From contig JAAILG010000802.1 of NCBI GenBank assembly GCA_012026655.1, forward strand, positions 1-64,000: a stretch of 64,000 nucleotides of DNA. Reading direction: 5' to 3'. Below are positions 47,451-61,118 of the stretch, in pieces. The stretch's first letter is position 1. Each line of letters starts with the position of its first letter. The notes beneath the pieces were generated by a model that saw nothing but the letters and a program-made list of their open reading frames with translations, was not told where the DNA came from and did no database searches. The DNA is from Hydrolagus affinis. Its lineage: Eukaryota. The position numbers were made by a program, and so were the translations under genes.

Positions 47451-50400
47451 AACCACCTAGGGTGGTCCTAGCTGTACAAGCAGTAGGAAAGCTTGTTGGA
47501 TAGTGTATCAATGGTAAGCTATGTGGTTTTAGCTGGTTAGACTCCAGCAGTACCCCAACACAAACTCTGGGGTCCCCAAGTCTTGCCAACCTACACTTAA
47601 TACTTTCCAGAAATTTGTACGCAGGATGCTTCTGTCCAGGGAGAGAGTGTGCATTCTATTCCAAAAATCTATCTCTGGGATTTCACCCACAAAATTTACA
47701 GTGAATTCACTTTACAGTATATTTTGTGAAGCACTTTGAAACATCTTGAAGACATGATAAGGCACAATACCAAATGAAAGGATTATTTATTATTTATGTC
47801 CAGTACATTAAAGGTGTGATGATGCATTGAAATCTCAGCTTGATTTGGATGCTTTTAAGAATGGTGTTGGTTTTCCTCATGCATGAGGCTGACCAAAAAT
47901 ACAGCAAAGACAAAACATAAACAGATCACATGTTTCCAAGTATAATATTCACAGGAACAATGTACCGCTCAGAAAACATCCTTTGATCCGGTTCACTCTG
48001 GTGTGACACATGGTTGCTGTAGCTTTGCCAGTTCTCTGCTGCAACAAGATCAATGATCGAAAGAGGCACGGAAACTATGTTTTCTGTCATCTATTTTTGT
48101 AACATTCATTTATAAAATATTTTGTATTCCCTTCACTTCGGCTCAGTTTCCTCATAAATCCTGGTTTTGGTAAAGCTCCCTTCCTGGCTCATTTCCATTC
48201 TGATTAAACTCACTTGTTGGCCCTGTTCCTATCAAATGACATTCTTGGTCACACTTCCTTTCCAGTCTGGTATTCTCTCATCTTCTGATCTTAATGTGAT
48301 TTTGTATTCCAGAGCCATATATCCTCCCTGTTACTGATCCTGCTTGATTTCCATATGCTGCCCAATTCCTAGCTATTCTTTCTGTTGACTGATCTCCCCT
48401 TCTAGCTTCTATTCCTGGCCTATGATAGTTACCTCCCAATCCCTTGATACACTTTATTTGCCTCCATGAATTACATAACTCAAGTCCCTAATCACATTGT
48501 CTTCACTTCTCAAATATATTATGCAAATATTTAATGCAAAATTAATATCAGCAAATATACTGCACTATAAAATAATGGATACAGATCTTATAATCCTTGT
48601 ACAGTACTTCATGTAGCAATTTATCGCTATATCAAAATATCTCAAAGTACTTCAAAGCATTTACCATAGAGCAACAGCATCACTCAGTAAAACTACTCAT
48701 TTAATGTTGTCCATTCAGTCACCTCTCCTTGGTTCAGCTTCTTGCTCTGCTACTGTCAAACATTCTGGGTTGCTACCCTGTGCGAGGGGAGCAATATTGT
48801 TGTTAAGTTACTTTAGGTCACTGAAGCCAATATTAATGCTTTCACTACTACCCCCCAGCTTAAATCAGCACCTCAGTACAAAGATATATTGCTAGAATAT
48901 ATATGCACTGTGTGGCATCATAGTATCCCGAAAAGCATTTACTCACTGAGTCACTAAAGAAGTTATAAAAATGCAGACGATGGTCATTTGCTTTGACATT
49001 CCAAATTAGTGTTGCATATCCTAGGATTTCACAGGGTATTATGATGCAGTGTAAGTCATTACAGAAACACACCAAATGTGCATTTTTAGAAATGCACTCA
49101 TAACATTCAGCTTTATTGGCAAGCGGGAAAACTGAATCAATGATAAATCATCACATGGACTACCATTTTGGAACAGCAGCATTTCAATTTGGAATACAAT
49201 CCAAATTAACCTTGTTGGGACAATATTAATAGTCGACAGGATTTTTAGTAGAGGGAAATTAAACAGATAGCTTCTTTATTTATTTTCTAAATTCTAATTC
49301 TAATACTATATTCTAATTATTATATTTAGTTTATTTCATTTTCTCTTCTTAAATACCTTGTATTTCAAGTTTTTTGTCCTATGCCAAATAAAAGATTCCA
49401 TTCGGAAGCTAGCGTTTCCCTTGCATGCTCCCAACCTAGTTCTAAAAGGGTGCTGAATCATGTTTGTTGTTTTGCAGTATTCTTCAGAAGCCCTGCTGAC
49501 AAAACATGTGAAAAATGTGTTGTTTCGAAACGCTTTGTCAGCTTGCTCATGCTGTGCACTCATCATCCTGCTGACTCTTTGCCTTGTGCTTTCTAAACAA
49601 TTAAGGACATTGACCCCATAGATCACAGTGCACTCAGAATCATGCTCAGCTTCTCCCCTCTAGCATAGGCAACAGGTTGCATAAGTAAGGGCAGCACTCC
49701 ACAATATCTCAAGTTTTAAGCTTTTCCTCTCCTAACCAAATATTAATTTGCTGATTCAACAAATTTTCAGATAGGTTCGGAATCGTCACGAGTCAAATCT
49801 TCTATTCAGGGCTTATTGAAACAGAACAAATGGACAACTATTACCATTGCTATTTTGAGAAGCAAAATCACAGAGCGGAAGTTTATTACATTGCAAAAAT
49901 ATTTTTGAAGAACTGATTTGAGGTTACACCCCTTAAAAGAGAACTAAATAAATACTGTATGTATTTAAAATACTGAAAAAAAAGGAAATAAGTTAAAGGG
50001 ATGTCTTAAAGGGACTTATTAATGTCTGAGGGGATTACCAAGGGTGGAGACAGTGAATGTATATTTGGTATAAAGTTGGAAGGTCGAAGGCAGAAGGTGT
50101 ATGAAATATGAAAGTATTTCACACTAGAAAAAAAATCCCTTTTATTTTGCTTTTAATCTACAATCTTTCAAAAGTGGTTTGTAATAATACATGAAGGTCC
50201 TAGTTGTGGTAGAAAATTTCCAAATTACGTTGTGGTTAGAACAAAATGTTTTACAGTGAGCTCATGATCTTTATTTCTGTCTTCTCCAATGGGTAAGGTA
50301 GAGAAATATAGGCCACAAGTCAAATAACGGCTCCACTTTCCCATATGGGTGTACAGAGATGTTCAATCTTCCACCAATCACAGGAGGTGTTTGGCATGTA

Positions 50401-50515
50401 ATATTACATTTGGTACAGTATTACTATCCCTAGAAGCACTGGCACAAAACAAACACATTTAAAAAAAAATGAAACTACTGTAAGCCCAGAGGAACCACTA
50501 TCAAATACAGTAATG

Positions 50516-50622
50516 TTTCGCCCACATTTATACAGTCAATTCACTTTACAGTATATTCTGTGAAGCGCTTTGAGACGTCGATAAGATGTGAAAAGCGCTA
50601 CATCAAATGCAAGGATTATTAT
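50516..50622 (+). mobile_element. SINE 3' tail fragment
   Basis: TTTCGCCCAC...GTGAAGCGCTTTGAGACGTCGATAAGATGTGAAAAGCGCTACATCAAATGCAAGGATTATTAT. Confidence 0.9.
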
Positions 50623-51018
50623 AAGTACCTAGGGCTTTGGCTTTCTAGCTTAATGGGAGCAAGGTGCGAATAATCCTTCCAGTCCTATCAATGAGTGAGA
50701 CTCTTATCAGCCTAGATTGTTTCATTTTTATTTTTTAAAATTTGATTTCAGACAATTAATTTAACCAAAAAGGTTATTGAAAAGTTCTGTTGATGGAGTT
50801 ATGATTTTGATTGCTGGAGGGCAAAAGGAGTTTATGGGAAACTAAGTACAGTCAGAACCAAATAATGTATGAAAAAGATCAGGTTTAAGCCTTGTTTATT
50901 TACACAATACTGGCATATAGTTTATAACTGAGTTACATTAAGTATTAAACATATTCAGGTTGGGTGTAGTCCATTCAAACCTGTACATGTTTAATGTCAA
51001 GATACTCGAAAAGAGAAG

Positions 51019-51125
51019 TAATAATCCTTGCATTGGATTATTATTTTTCACTTTTCATGTTTTCTAGACGTCTCAAAGCGCTTCACAGAATATACCGTAA
51101 AGTGAATTGACTGCATATTTGTGGA
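51019..51125 (-). mobile_element. SINE 3' tail fragment
   Basis: TAATAATCCTTGCATT...CTAGACGTCTCAAAGCGCTTCACAGAATATAC. Confidence 0.88.
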
Positions 51126-52184
51126 CAAAGTGAGATTACCCTATGGGCCAACAATCCCCAAATAGATTTGGTAATTAATTCCTTCGCTATTTGCGGCACA
51201 TTGTTGTATGCATATTGTCCACCTGAACACGATTTTGGTTTAACGTTTCATCCAAATAACTGTGCCTCTGCCATTGCAGCACGTCACCTGCACTACACTG
51301 GACTATAAAACCTAGTCCAGTTTACTACAGAGTACTGTATAGACTGGACTAGAAACAAGGAAAAGGTAGTTCACTCATGCCTGGGATTATGTGTTTCATA
51401 TTTCTCATTGTGAACTGTTGTAACCTGGTTACATTTTAGATTCACCATATAACAGGAGTGAGTTGATACTTAAGAACAAAACAGGTTAAGCTGTATAAGA
51501 AAGCAAGAAAAAAACAGGCCATTCAAGTTAACAAGCAAGTTCCTTCTAAAGATCTTCCTATAATTTGACTGTCATTAATACCACTCTGCCCATTGAATTG
51601 CCTGAGGAAATGTTCGGTGAAAGTCTCTCCCAGCCTCTCCCTCTAACAGCAACTTACACAGAACTTCTAAAACCTACTTATCATATCATTAATACCTCAT
51701 ACATTCTCAGCACTTGCCTCTCTACTTTCTCTGCAGATTTATTCCCTGAATCTTAATAAATAAGATTATTTTTTTCAAATCTTATTTGAAGCTTGTCAAA
51801 CTTATACTCATGTCCTGCAGATTTGCACTCAAAATCAAAGTTAAATAACCTAAATACTTCCATTCCACAGCATTTCTTCCTCTTAGTAGACTCCTTTCAA
51901 TTGTTTTAATGTAAACACGTTCAAATCACTCCACAGAACTCCAAATCTTAATACCAGGATTAATCCTGCCATTCTTCTCTGAATGCAATCCAACACATGT
52001 TGCTTCTTTCGAAGAACTGGTTACCCAAATTTGCACCCATTTTGCATTTGTCATCTCACCAGTAATCCACACAAAATTGTAGAATAATTTGTTATGATTT
52101 ACAGCTCTATATCCTTGAGTTACATCCTAGTACATAATTAGTTGTTGATGAACAGCTACCTAATGATGGAATACATTCTATGAA

Positions 52185-52368
52185 ATGGTCAATAATCATT
52201 GACAAATCAAAATTTGTGGGACGTTGCTGTGCGCAATTGGTTGCCGCATTTCGCCCACAAATATACAGTCAATTCACTTTACAATTCACTTTCTGTGAAG
52301 TGCTTTGAGACATCTAGAAGGTGTGAAAAGCGCAATATCAAATGCAAGGATTATTATTATTATATTAT
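52185..52368 (+). mobile_element. tRNA-derived SINE 3' half
   Basis: TTTGTGGGACGTTGCTGTGCGCAATTGGTTGCCGC...AAATGCAAGGATTATTATTATTAT. Confidence 0.9.
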
Positions 52369-53154
52369 TTTAACCTTCCTAAAGAATACTCCTTTTAGTG
52401 ACACATATGTCCAAAATTTGGTACACACAACCTTACAGCTGTAGGAATGTACAAGACAGGAAAGGACTATTTGTATTCCATTTAGCTAGTCCTACATTAG
52501 GGGGGAAAAATCATACTGCCCACTCATTTTCTTTCGATTTCTTAACTAGAACCTATTGAATTCCATCTTCAATTTGCCTTCATTGCCTTCCTGGTCAGTC
52601 TATTGCACCCAATTGCTCAGTGTAAAGTAATTTGTTCAAAGCTGTTTCTTTACTTTCCTCTTCCTGAGCTGATGTGCTGATTGTATCAATCTGGATGATA
52701 TGGATGCTAACTCCATGGAGTCAGTGCAGAACTTGTCTTGTTTGACCACTGCATTGGGGCTTTCACTGACTCAGCTTTCCCTTCAATTCTCCTCAACATC
52801 AGTGCGTAAGCATTCAGTCATTCTGAGCCTCCTCAATGGAACTCCATCCCAGGCGAACCACCCTCATGTTCCAAGTGAACTGTGCAAAGCTCTTTGAGAC
52901 AACTTCAAAATGTGAAACGTGTGATTCAAACTGTAGACTATAGAGATTAAAATGCAATGTTCATAATTTAATTGCATCGAATGCAACTTCCGATTGACAA
53001 TTATTACATTGTGAAATCCACAGGCAGCAAGTTGCAAATTCAAAACATCCTAACCTATTGCTGACGTGTCAGACATGGGATTTATGATTTACCACTTGTG
53101 AACTTCACAATCCAATATTTGCAAGCCGGAAGCTTCCGTTTTCACAACAAATCA

Positions 53155-53600
53155 ATTTAGGCAAATATCTCATTTGAATGCTCTAGGCTGAATCTATTAT
53201 TGAGGTTCAATCTGCCTGTAAGCTTTAGAATAGGAACTCCCTGAGCTTTCGCTGCTCGAGTTTCTAACCTTTCCTCGTATCTATTTCCAGCTGTCAATTT
53301 TTTTGTTGCTTTCTGTACTGTCTCCAATGCCAAAATATCCTTATTGTAATATGATGACCGCAATTGCACACAGGACTGCAGGTGGGATGGACCAAACTTT
53401 CATGTTTAAAATCATTTACATTTATCGACAGTAAAATCAATTTTCCATCCTTAGTCCACCTATTTACGTAGTTCAGATTCCATTTATTGTTAGCAATCTT
53501 GGCTGTATGTGGCAGTTGGTCATTTGGCTTGTGTCATCAGCGAATTGTATAACATCACATAAAATATCCAACTTCATATCTGTTGTGACTATTGCATAAC
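53155..53600 (-). mobile_element. Old CR1 ORF2 fragment
   Basis: Reverse strand KFADDTS (GTGTCATCAGCGAA on +) and CVQLRSSYYNKDILALETVQKATK...YEERLE. Confidence 0.75.
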
Positions 53601-53682
53601 AAAGGATGTAAAACTGATCTATTCAGATCTCCACAGGTCAATGTCAACTGACAGAGCATCATTTGTATCTTTGATTTGTGTT

Positions 53683-53795
53683 TCCTGTAGCTCAGTGGTT
53701 AGAGCACTTGCCTTACAAGTGAGACCTGGGTTCGATGCCAGGTCAGGGCGAAACCCTGGGCAAGTTTCCTTACTCCATATACCTAATAATAATCC
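53683..53795 (+). mobile_element. SINE tRNA-like head with intact A/B boxes, joined to an L2 3' fragment (53796-53920)
   Basis: TCCTGTAGCTCAGTGGTTAGAGCACTTGCCTTACAAGTGAGACCTGGGTTCGATGCCAGG...CCTAATAATAATCCC, then CACACTCTGGAACTCTATCCC. Confidence 0.85.
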
Positions 53796-55614
53796 CCACA
53801 CTCTGGAACTCTATCCCACAGTCCCTTGGCCTCCCTCAAGCTAGTCTCAAGACCCTCCTTTTCAATCGTGCCTTCAGCCGCTCTACCACCTCTCTCCCTC
53901 TCCCTACCCGCCCTACCCTATCATGGTAGAAAATGTTCTACTTGATCTTATCTATCCAGAATCCTAACTCTACCAACAGCCATCACAGCAGCTAATTTTT
54001 TTTTTAATGAGGCTTGTGTGTTGACTTCTACCAATCTTCCTGAACACTTATTCTAAGTTATATTTACAGTCTATGTAAATAAATACAGTAGCTCCTTGTG
54101 TCTACCCTAAATTTTCCTTTCAACACCTACAGCTACAAAACCTTTTTGTCCTGCAGCCTTGGCATATCTAAAAGCGTCGCTCTGGGTTTGCGTTCTCTTT
54201 CCCATTGAGCAATTTATATACTTATATGAGGTCAACTAATTTGTTTTCAAAACAGAAGATACTCCACTATATCTTATCTACTTATACCTTAAACTCAATC
54301 TTCAAATAATGCCAATCCAGTCTGATGTATACTGTACATCAGTCTGATGTATACTGTAAATCAGTAGAGTATTAAATGGTTTTCTTTCAGGCACTCATTT
54401 CAAAGACAATATTAAATCTTGCGTATAATTGCACCACAAAATAATCAACTTTTTTCAGTATTTCAGACAAACAGGAAGTTGGTAGAATAGGAAATACTTT
54501 ATCCAGAAGTGGAGGGTGGAGGAACACACTAGTTTGTCTTTTCCCATATGATTCAATTTGTTTGCAGCAAAATCTTTTTACTCAGGTAAAACGTATCAAC
54601 CTGTTTCTGTCTCTGGCTCGTGTGTTTTCTCATGGAAAAAATTCTTCTGAATCCTGGATTGATGATCGCAGCAAATCTGGATGGAGATGGGGGAAAAATC
54701 TTTACAACACAATACAAAATTACATTTATATAGCAACTTTCACCTCAGTAGAACATCCCAAGGCACTAGATAGTAAGGAATTCACTTTCTCAAGTGAATG
54801 AGAATGATATACATTGAGCCACATTTCATGAGGTGAGAGCTTTAAAAAATGCGACTTGATTGTTTAAAACAATTTTAATCCTAAAACTCATTCCAATATT
54901 ACGATTACGAGACTTCAAAGCTTTTTCTATCATTAGTCATTTTTAGAACTGTGTCTTTGCATAGGGGCAATATATAGGGAGCCTACTCAATTGCACTTAA
55001 TATTTAATTTAGTAATGTTTTGCCTTGGTGGTCACTATATCAAATGCAAGAATATTTATGACCATATCAGTGGCTACTATTTTTAACAGTGGGATCCTTA
55101 AAGAATCTTATCTACATTATCTCAAAGATTAAATTGTTATTAATAAAAACTGTACAGTAACAGGACGTAGTATTAAATAGCCTGTGGAATCTTGTGAGAA
55201 ATATGCACCATTGGCTCTTTGCTCTGGCACCATTGCTGAAATGCAGCATTTGATAGCACCTTTGCAGAATCTGAGCAAGGATAAAGAATATAATCCTAGT
55301 AAACAGGACAAAATCTGCTCTCAACGGAGATGAGTGCTGCTCCTGATAAACCAGTTTGTGCCAAAGCCTTTCTTGGGAACTTGTGTTTATTGTGTTTATT
55401 ATTAAAGTTTGAATAAAGGGATTAAACGGATTAACATAACAAATAACTAGGTGTAACATTCATTCAAATAGTTGTAGAAATTAAGATTGGGTCTGTTTTA
55501 AGACCAAACAGTCAGTATCTATCTGTAATAATGACAGATCACAGTACTGTACTAAGTTAAATGATATGAAGTATTATAATGGAGGGCAATTTCCCTTTTA
55601 ACTAGAGATAATAA

Positions 55615-55825
55615 TATTAATAATAAGAATAATGCCTGCATTTGAAATAGCACTTTTCACGTCTTCTAGATGTCTCAAAGCGATTCACAGAATATACTGT
55701 AAAGTGAATTGACTGTATTTTTATGAGCAAAACGCGGCAGCCAATTGCGCACAGCAGTGCCCCACAAACTGTCTTGGATTGAAATGACCAATTTACTATT
55801 TTTTATGAAGGATTATTATTAGGCA
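55615..55825 (-). mobile_element. tRNA-derived SINE 3' two-thirds
   Basis: TGCATTTGAAATAGCACTTTTCACG...AACGCGGCAGCCAATTGCGCACAGCAGTGCCCCACAAAC...GGATTATTATTAGGC. Confidence 0.9.
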
Positions 55826-56044
55826 TGCTCATTCATGGTTTATGATCATACCACAATTGTTCATAACCAATTTTTATTCCTCCTTCTGTCATACCGCTCT
55901 ACGCCCTCTTTCATGAAGCTCTAGGACATACCAACTCGGGTTTGGGCAATTATTTTTCTTCTGATTTATTCTTTGGGACACATCTGCCTCAGTAAAATGA
56001 GAAAGATGGGACAAAATGCAGCAATTAAGGGGAGAGTTACAAAT

Positions 56045-56680
56045 TTTGGGGGCATAGGGGCTGAACGAGAAGCTGCAACTGGTAAAGTGATGACAAGGGA
56101 CAAGCAGGAGCCACAGCCAACAGAGTTGGGTGGCATATGGTGGAGCAGGTTGGATAGGTAGGGAGGCGTCAGGGCATGAAGGTATTTGTAAATGAGTGTG
56201 AAGACCTTGAAGTCAACCCATTCTGTGACAGGCAGCCTGGAGAAGACTGGTATGATGGGGGTAAGGAGTTTAGAGTGGGTGGGTATAAGGTCGCTGAATT
56301 CTGGCTTATACAGAGCTTATACAGTATTGGAATAGTCGAGGTGGGAGATGATGAAAGCGTGGATGAGGGTTTCAGCTGCATTTAATGTGAAGTATGGTCA
56401 GAGGCGGGCAATGTGTCGGAGGTAGAGGAAAGCGATCGTGGTCATGGACCAGATGTGGGGTAGGAAGGACAGATGTCTAGGTTAGATTCGGTAGATCTTA
56501 GGGATAGGCCAGCCAGGGAGGTTGAGGAAGTCAGAGCTACAGGAGTGAACACGTTAATGGGGAGCCGAGGCGCATGGCTTCCCTCTTGATAATGTTCAGC
56601 CGCAGGAAGTTTGCACTCATCCTGGCCTTGATGTCTGACAAACAAGCTGACAGAACACCAGTGGACCCGGAGGGACTGAC
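56045..56680 (-). mobile_element. L2 LINE fragment
   Basis: Reverse strand LSACLSDIKARMSANFLRLNIIKREA; GCAGCTGAAACCCTCATCCACGCTTTCATC (AAETLIHAFI). Confidence 0.88.
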
Positions 56681-56835
56681 TAATTGTATTGGTGGGATTG
56701 TTGGCCAGAATACCAGAAGAAACACCCTTCTACTTTCAAATATTGCCATGGGATCTTTAATGTTCTACTGAACAAAACCTCTATTTAAGTTCTCATCCAA
56801 AGAATGGTACCTCTGACAATGCAACACACCCCAGC
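56680..56835 (-). mobile_element. DeuSINE core fragment
   Basis: TGCCATGGGATCTTTAATGT...TCTCATCCAAAGAATGGTACCTCTGACAATGCAACAC. Confidence 0.8.
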
Positions 56836-57673
56836 ACTTTTCCTCCTCCTGCTGCAACTCCAGGTCTGCGGATGTTCCGTCAGCTTGTTGGTTGGACTAA
56901 CAAATGCCAGCTCGGTTACTGGAGTTATCAACTCCAACTCCAATAGCCTTCTCTTTCTGTGTGCCCTTTAATGTTCTTCTTCTTCAAATGTTTCTCAAAA
57001 ACTTTTCCGAATTTTGAAGACTATTATCAGATCTCTCTCTTGTTTCGTTCCACCGAAAACATACCCAATTTTTTCCTACATTTTTTCTGTTCCTAATCGT
57101 CATTTATTCCTTACATTTTCCACCAGGTGATATTCTAACTCTATGGAGTATAAGTGCTCCAGTGCATTGCAACATCCAACTTTAGCCTGCAGATGTTTTG
57201 AGTTGGGCATCATAACTTCCTGACATAAACGTTAGCACTTTTTTAAGTATTGGATAATTTAACACAGGATAATTTTGGAATAATTTGTAATTCTCCAGAC
57301 AGAGTAAGTTTTCTTTTACTTTGAGAACTAAATTCACATTAACCTTTAGAAATGAAGCATTGAGGAAAATCCTTGCTTTCAGTTTGTGCTGGTTCTGTAA
57401 CAGCTTTTGAATTAATTGACTGCCTGCCACCCAGCGTGTTCACGTTGTGGGAACCTTTAATGGAATATGTGTTTTGGAGCAGAAGAGTTGGAAATTTAGG
57501 GGCCCTTGTACAGGGTTGGATGAACTCACAGTCTAGTCTGATATTCCAACAGGGTGCTGGGGGTTGGCTTCATTGATTGAAGCAACATCCTTTGGATGAG
57601 AAGTAAACTGAGCTCATAAATTGAAAGTAAAAAATCCCTTGGGCACTATTCCAAAAGACAACAACTTGGTTTA

Positions 57674-58001
57674 CAGTAAAACCTCGATAATCTGACATTC
57701 CAAAAGTTGGCAACTCCCTAAAACCAGCAAGATTTCAAAATACAAACAGTATTAGATTTTTTTCTGATGTCGACAAATCCCCCGAAGTTCGGAACAGCTA
57801 CTTGCAGTTCCCAGCTTGGCCGCTCTGCGATCAGGTGCTGTGGGTGGAGCTTGGGCATTTTTTCACTTCAGTCCTATGTTTACAGGACATGTGGTGTATG
57901 GGGCAGCACTTTCCCAGCCATTCCTAGAGTAGGTTCTAAATACCAGCAAACTCTGAAATCTGGGAGGTGCCCAACCGTTCCGGATTATGGAGGTTTTATT
58001 G
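57674..58001. mobile_element. Tigger-like MITE (328 bp), second family
   Basis: TA|CAGTAAAACCTCGATAATCTG ... CGGATTATGGAGGTTTTATTG; followed by (TG)(TA)n, preceded by a DeuSINE fragment at about 57525-57665. Confidence 0.82.
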
Positions 58002-58037
<36 letters not shown>

Positions 58038-61000
58038 GTGCCCTTCATGCGAGGTAGCGTCCTGGAGCACTTGACCAGAGAAGGGAATTTACACTTTACA
58101 GTAAATTCTGTGAAGCATTTTGAGATATCTTGATGACGGGATAAGGTGCAACAGGAACCTCCCTGTCCTCCCTGTATATCATTCTCTAAACAGTTACATA
58201 AAATACTATGAAACATAATGGTGAGAGCCCAGTTTACAAAACCTTGGTGGGCTACATTGCGGTTTGATACCAGCAGCATTACTCAGCTGGACATAAACAA
58301 AATCTGAAGCTCATAGTCAGTGACCTTTCAGCCCACACACAGCTATCGTCTTTAGTTTCCCTTTTAAGAACAATCTTGATGTGGTGCAAAACTGGGTTGA
58401 CAAGATCTCGGACAGTACTGCAACTCATCTCAAGCATTTAAAGGCACAATTGTTTTGAAAGAATGGTGACCTTGAATTAAGCTTGCACGCTAGTCTACTG
58501 CACAGGGAGCAGATTTCGATGATATAAACCGAAAGTGCTTTTGAAGCTAATTATGTCAGTTGATCCATAAATTTCCTTTCTTTCAATTTTTGAATGGCCT
58601 TATCTAAAATAACATACTGTACTTGTCATCACTGATCTACTGTACACTGTAGCAAGAATTTGGAGGCTTGCCACTTTCCCTTTTCACAGGCAGAATGGAA
58701 GACACATACTTATTTGTGATATATTTTGGGTATGACAAGCCTGTGTTCAGTGTCATACAAATGGAACATGCTTATATAAATTACACTTACAGCAGGGTGG
58801 CCTACAGACAAACAAAATGGTTAAACAATGCATAATAACGTTTTTATTGGTATTTCCTGCCAGACTCTCTCATTTGCCAGGGAGTGCACTGGATTTTTTT
58901 TGATGCATTAATTATTCACCGAGATGGGCAATAGGCCAGTTTAATAGGGACAGATTGGAAAAATGTCATCTGGACATTAAAGCCCTGACTGTACTGGAAA
59001 AAAGCAAAAATTACAGCATATCTCAGGAATTTTCCACTAACGATGTGCGGATGTGGTAGCACTGAGGGGGGAAAAGAGCCAAACTGAGCTCTCTTTGTTC
59101 ATAAACTGGGGCCCCCAATAACATTCCTCTTAAGCTGCCCTTACTGTATACTGCAGAAGTTCTGCAGATTTCTTAGCAAGCCATATTTTTTACTTTTCTT
59201 TAATTATTAACAGTGCTTTTGCTGTGCATTGCTAGCAACCCACATCTATTTAGTTAGTATTTTTTTCCATCTTTTTGTTATAGCAAAATTTGGGTTTGCT
59301 GCATGCAATGAGCTTTTTGATTAATATTGGATTTATACCTTGCTTGTGCAGGGAAAGAAAATGCATCCGTTTCAAAACAAGCACTTGAAAAGGAGCATTA
59401 TTTGTTTTAGAGGGTGTTTTTCCTTAAAACAACAAAGCACAGTATTTGAGGGGTTAAATGGAGAATTCCTCTGAAAGTATGAGAGCAAAGGGGTCACAGG
59501 CGGCTACAGTTGAGAACTCAAAGGCCTGCCATCAAAGGCCTTTCACCCTGCATTTCCCACCCAGGGGGAATGTAAACATTGGCGTTCTGCCAAGAGTCCT
59601 GGAGAACCTTTATGTGCATTCAACACCACTTTCCTGCTTTCAATTAAAAAACAGAATATAAAACATTTATTTCTTTTTATAACAGAGGAGGGGAACACCT
59701 CATATTTATAAAAGTCTGTCCTGTTAGTAATTTAACATGTAAGGATATGCTTCCTCAGTGAAGCTGCATGCCTCTATACTGTAGCTGCCTGTCTCCAGCT
59801 AAGTGGGACAACTTTCTCACCAGAAAAGAATGTGCAGAATGTTGTCATTTAATCATAACCAACTCAAGCTCTTTTATCTGCCGTTTATTACTAACTAGCA
59901 TTATTGTTCTTATCTGCCCGTCCTTCAGCCTGCTTCACTGCTCTCAGACATGGGAACTGACTAAATGAAAGAGCCCTGTTATTGCAAAGCAACATTAAAT
60001 GTTAGTATTGCATTGTTCAACCTGGTCTCACTTAAAATGAGCTGGAGGAGAGCTTTGTGGAGAATGACAGAAGCAGACTGAAAGGGGAGTTGTTGTAGAA
60101 TATGCTGTTAGTGTTGGACCAAATGGGTGTGTAGTGTATCACTGCAGGCCATCTGGACAAAGTTCTAAAATGAGGTCACCAGAATGCCCTTTATTAAAAC
60201 AAGTTGGCAAGTTATGCCAAGCTACTTAGCTTTTGTCTTTCTACTTTCCTCCTGCAGTAGCACATCTGCATCTAGCCTGCAGTTCAGCAAATGTTCTCAA
60301 TGGAAATAAAACAGTGAGCCTGGGTTTCCTAGTTCACACTAATACACTAATATTGTGCCTCAAAATTTGCTGGTAGGCTTCACATCATGCAGCGGGGAGT
60401 GAAATGGACATGTAACCAATCCGAGAGCCAAAATATCTCATGATCTCACACTTAAGACTATTGTCTTCAAATTTAATGTTCTGCGGAATTTAAAAAAAAC
60501 CCCGCAAGATTCAGTCTTAATTGGAAGCAGGTTTTCCATGTTTCTTAAAATTACTGAGAATATTGGGCTTAGTGCGAGCAATACGTTATCTCATCATGAA
60601 AGGCCGTTTTCATCTCTGTGCATGGGTAAAAAGCTAGTGGTTTGCGGCCCTATGCAAAATTATATTCCTTCTACACATCTTATTTATTTTGTCAGTACTT
60701 GTAAATTGTAACGGAATTTCCTTCCCTCTTATTATTTGATCCTATTTTGAGTGTGGAGAAGACTGTACCTCTCATTGTTCTTAAATGCTCAAATTCTTTG
60801 GACTTTGGATAATTTGTGGCAAGGAAATTATCCAGTGACACTTATAAATGATTCCTGCCCTGCTCCAACTTAGATGCACCCTGTGCCTCTCACACAGAAC
60901 TACAATGCTATCTTACTAGTGCCTAGGCTGAGTTCCAAAATCAGCAGAAGACCATTTATGTGCTTCACAAGCCATAAACATTATGTCTCCCAATTCAAAT

Positions 61001-61044
61001 AACATTTTCACCTTTCCCTCAGGTGAAACACTTCCCTAATATAT

Positions 61045-61118
61045 GCTGCCTTGTACTTGGGACGTCCTCCCGACGTGAAAGGCGCTCTATAAATGTAATT
61101 TGTTGTTGTTGTTGTTGT
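61045..61118 (+). mobile_element. Isolated L2 3' tail
   Basis: CTTGGGACGTCCTCCCGACGTGAAAGGCGCTCTATAAATGTAATTTGTTGTTGTTGTTGTTG. Confidence 0.85.

Noticed and set aside
48170-48480. Pyrimidine-skewed stretch as a possible decayed minisatellite
   Set aside because: I could not define a repeat unit or period.
53683-53752. tRNA-Val(TAC)-like gene
   Set aside because: The anticodon arm is imperfect, there is no poly-T terminator, and it continues into SINE body sequence; it is a SINE head.
54318-54365. 22-bp tandem duplication with an internal 8-bp hairpin
   Set aside because: Only two units; ordinary slippage duplication, like those near 1690, 33283, 61660 and 62860.
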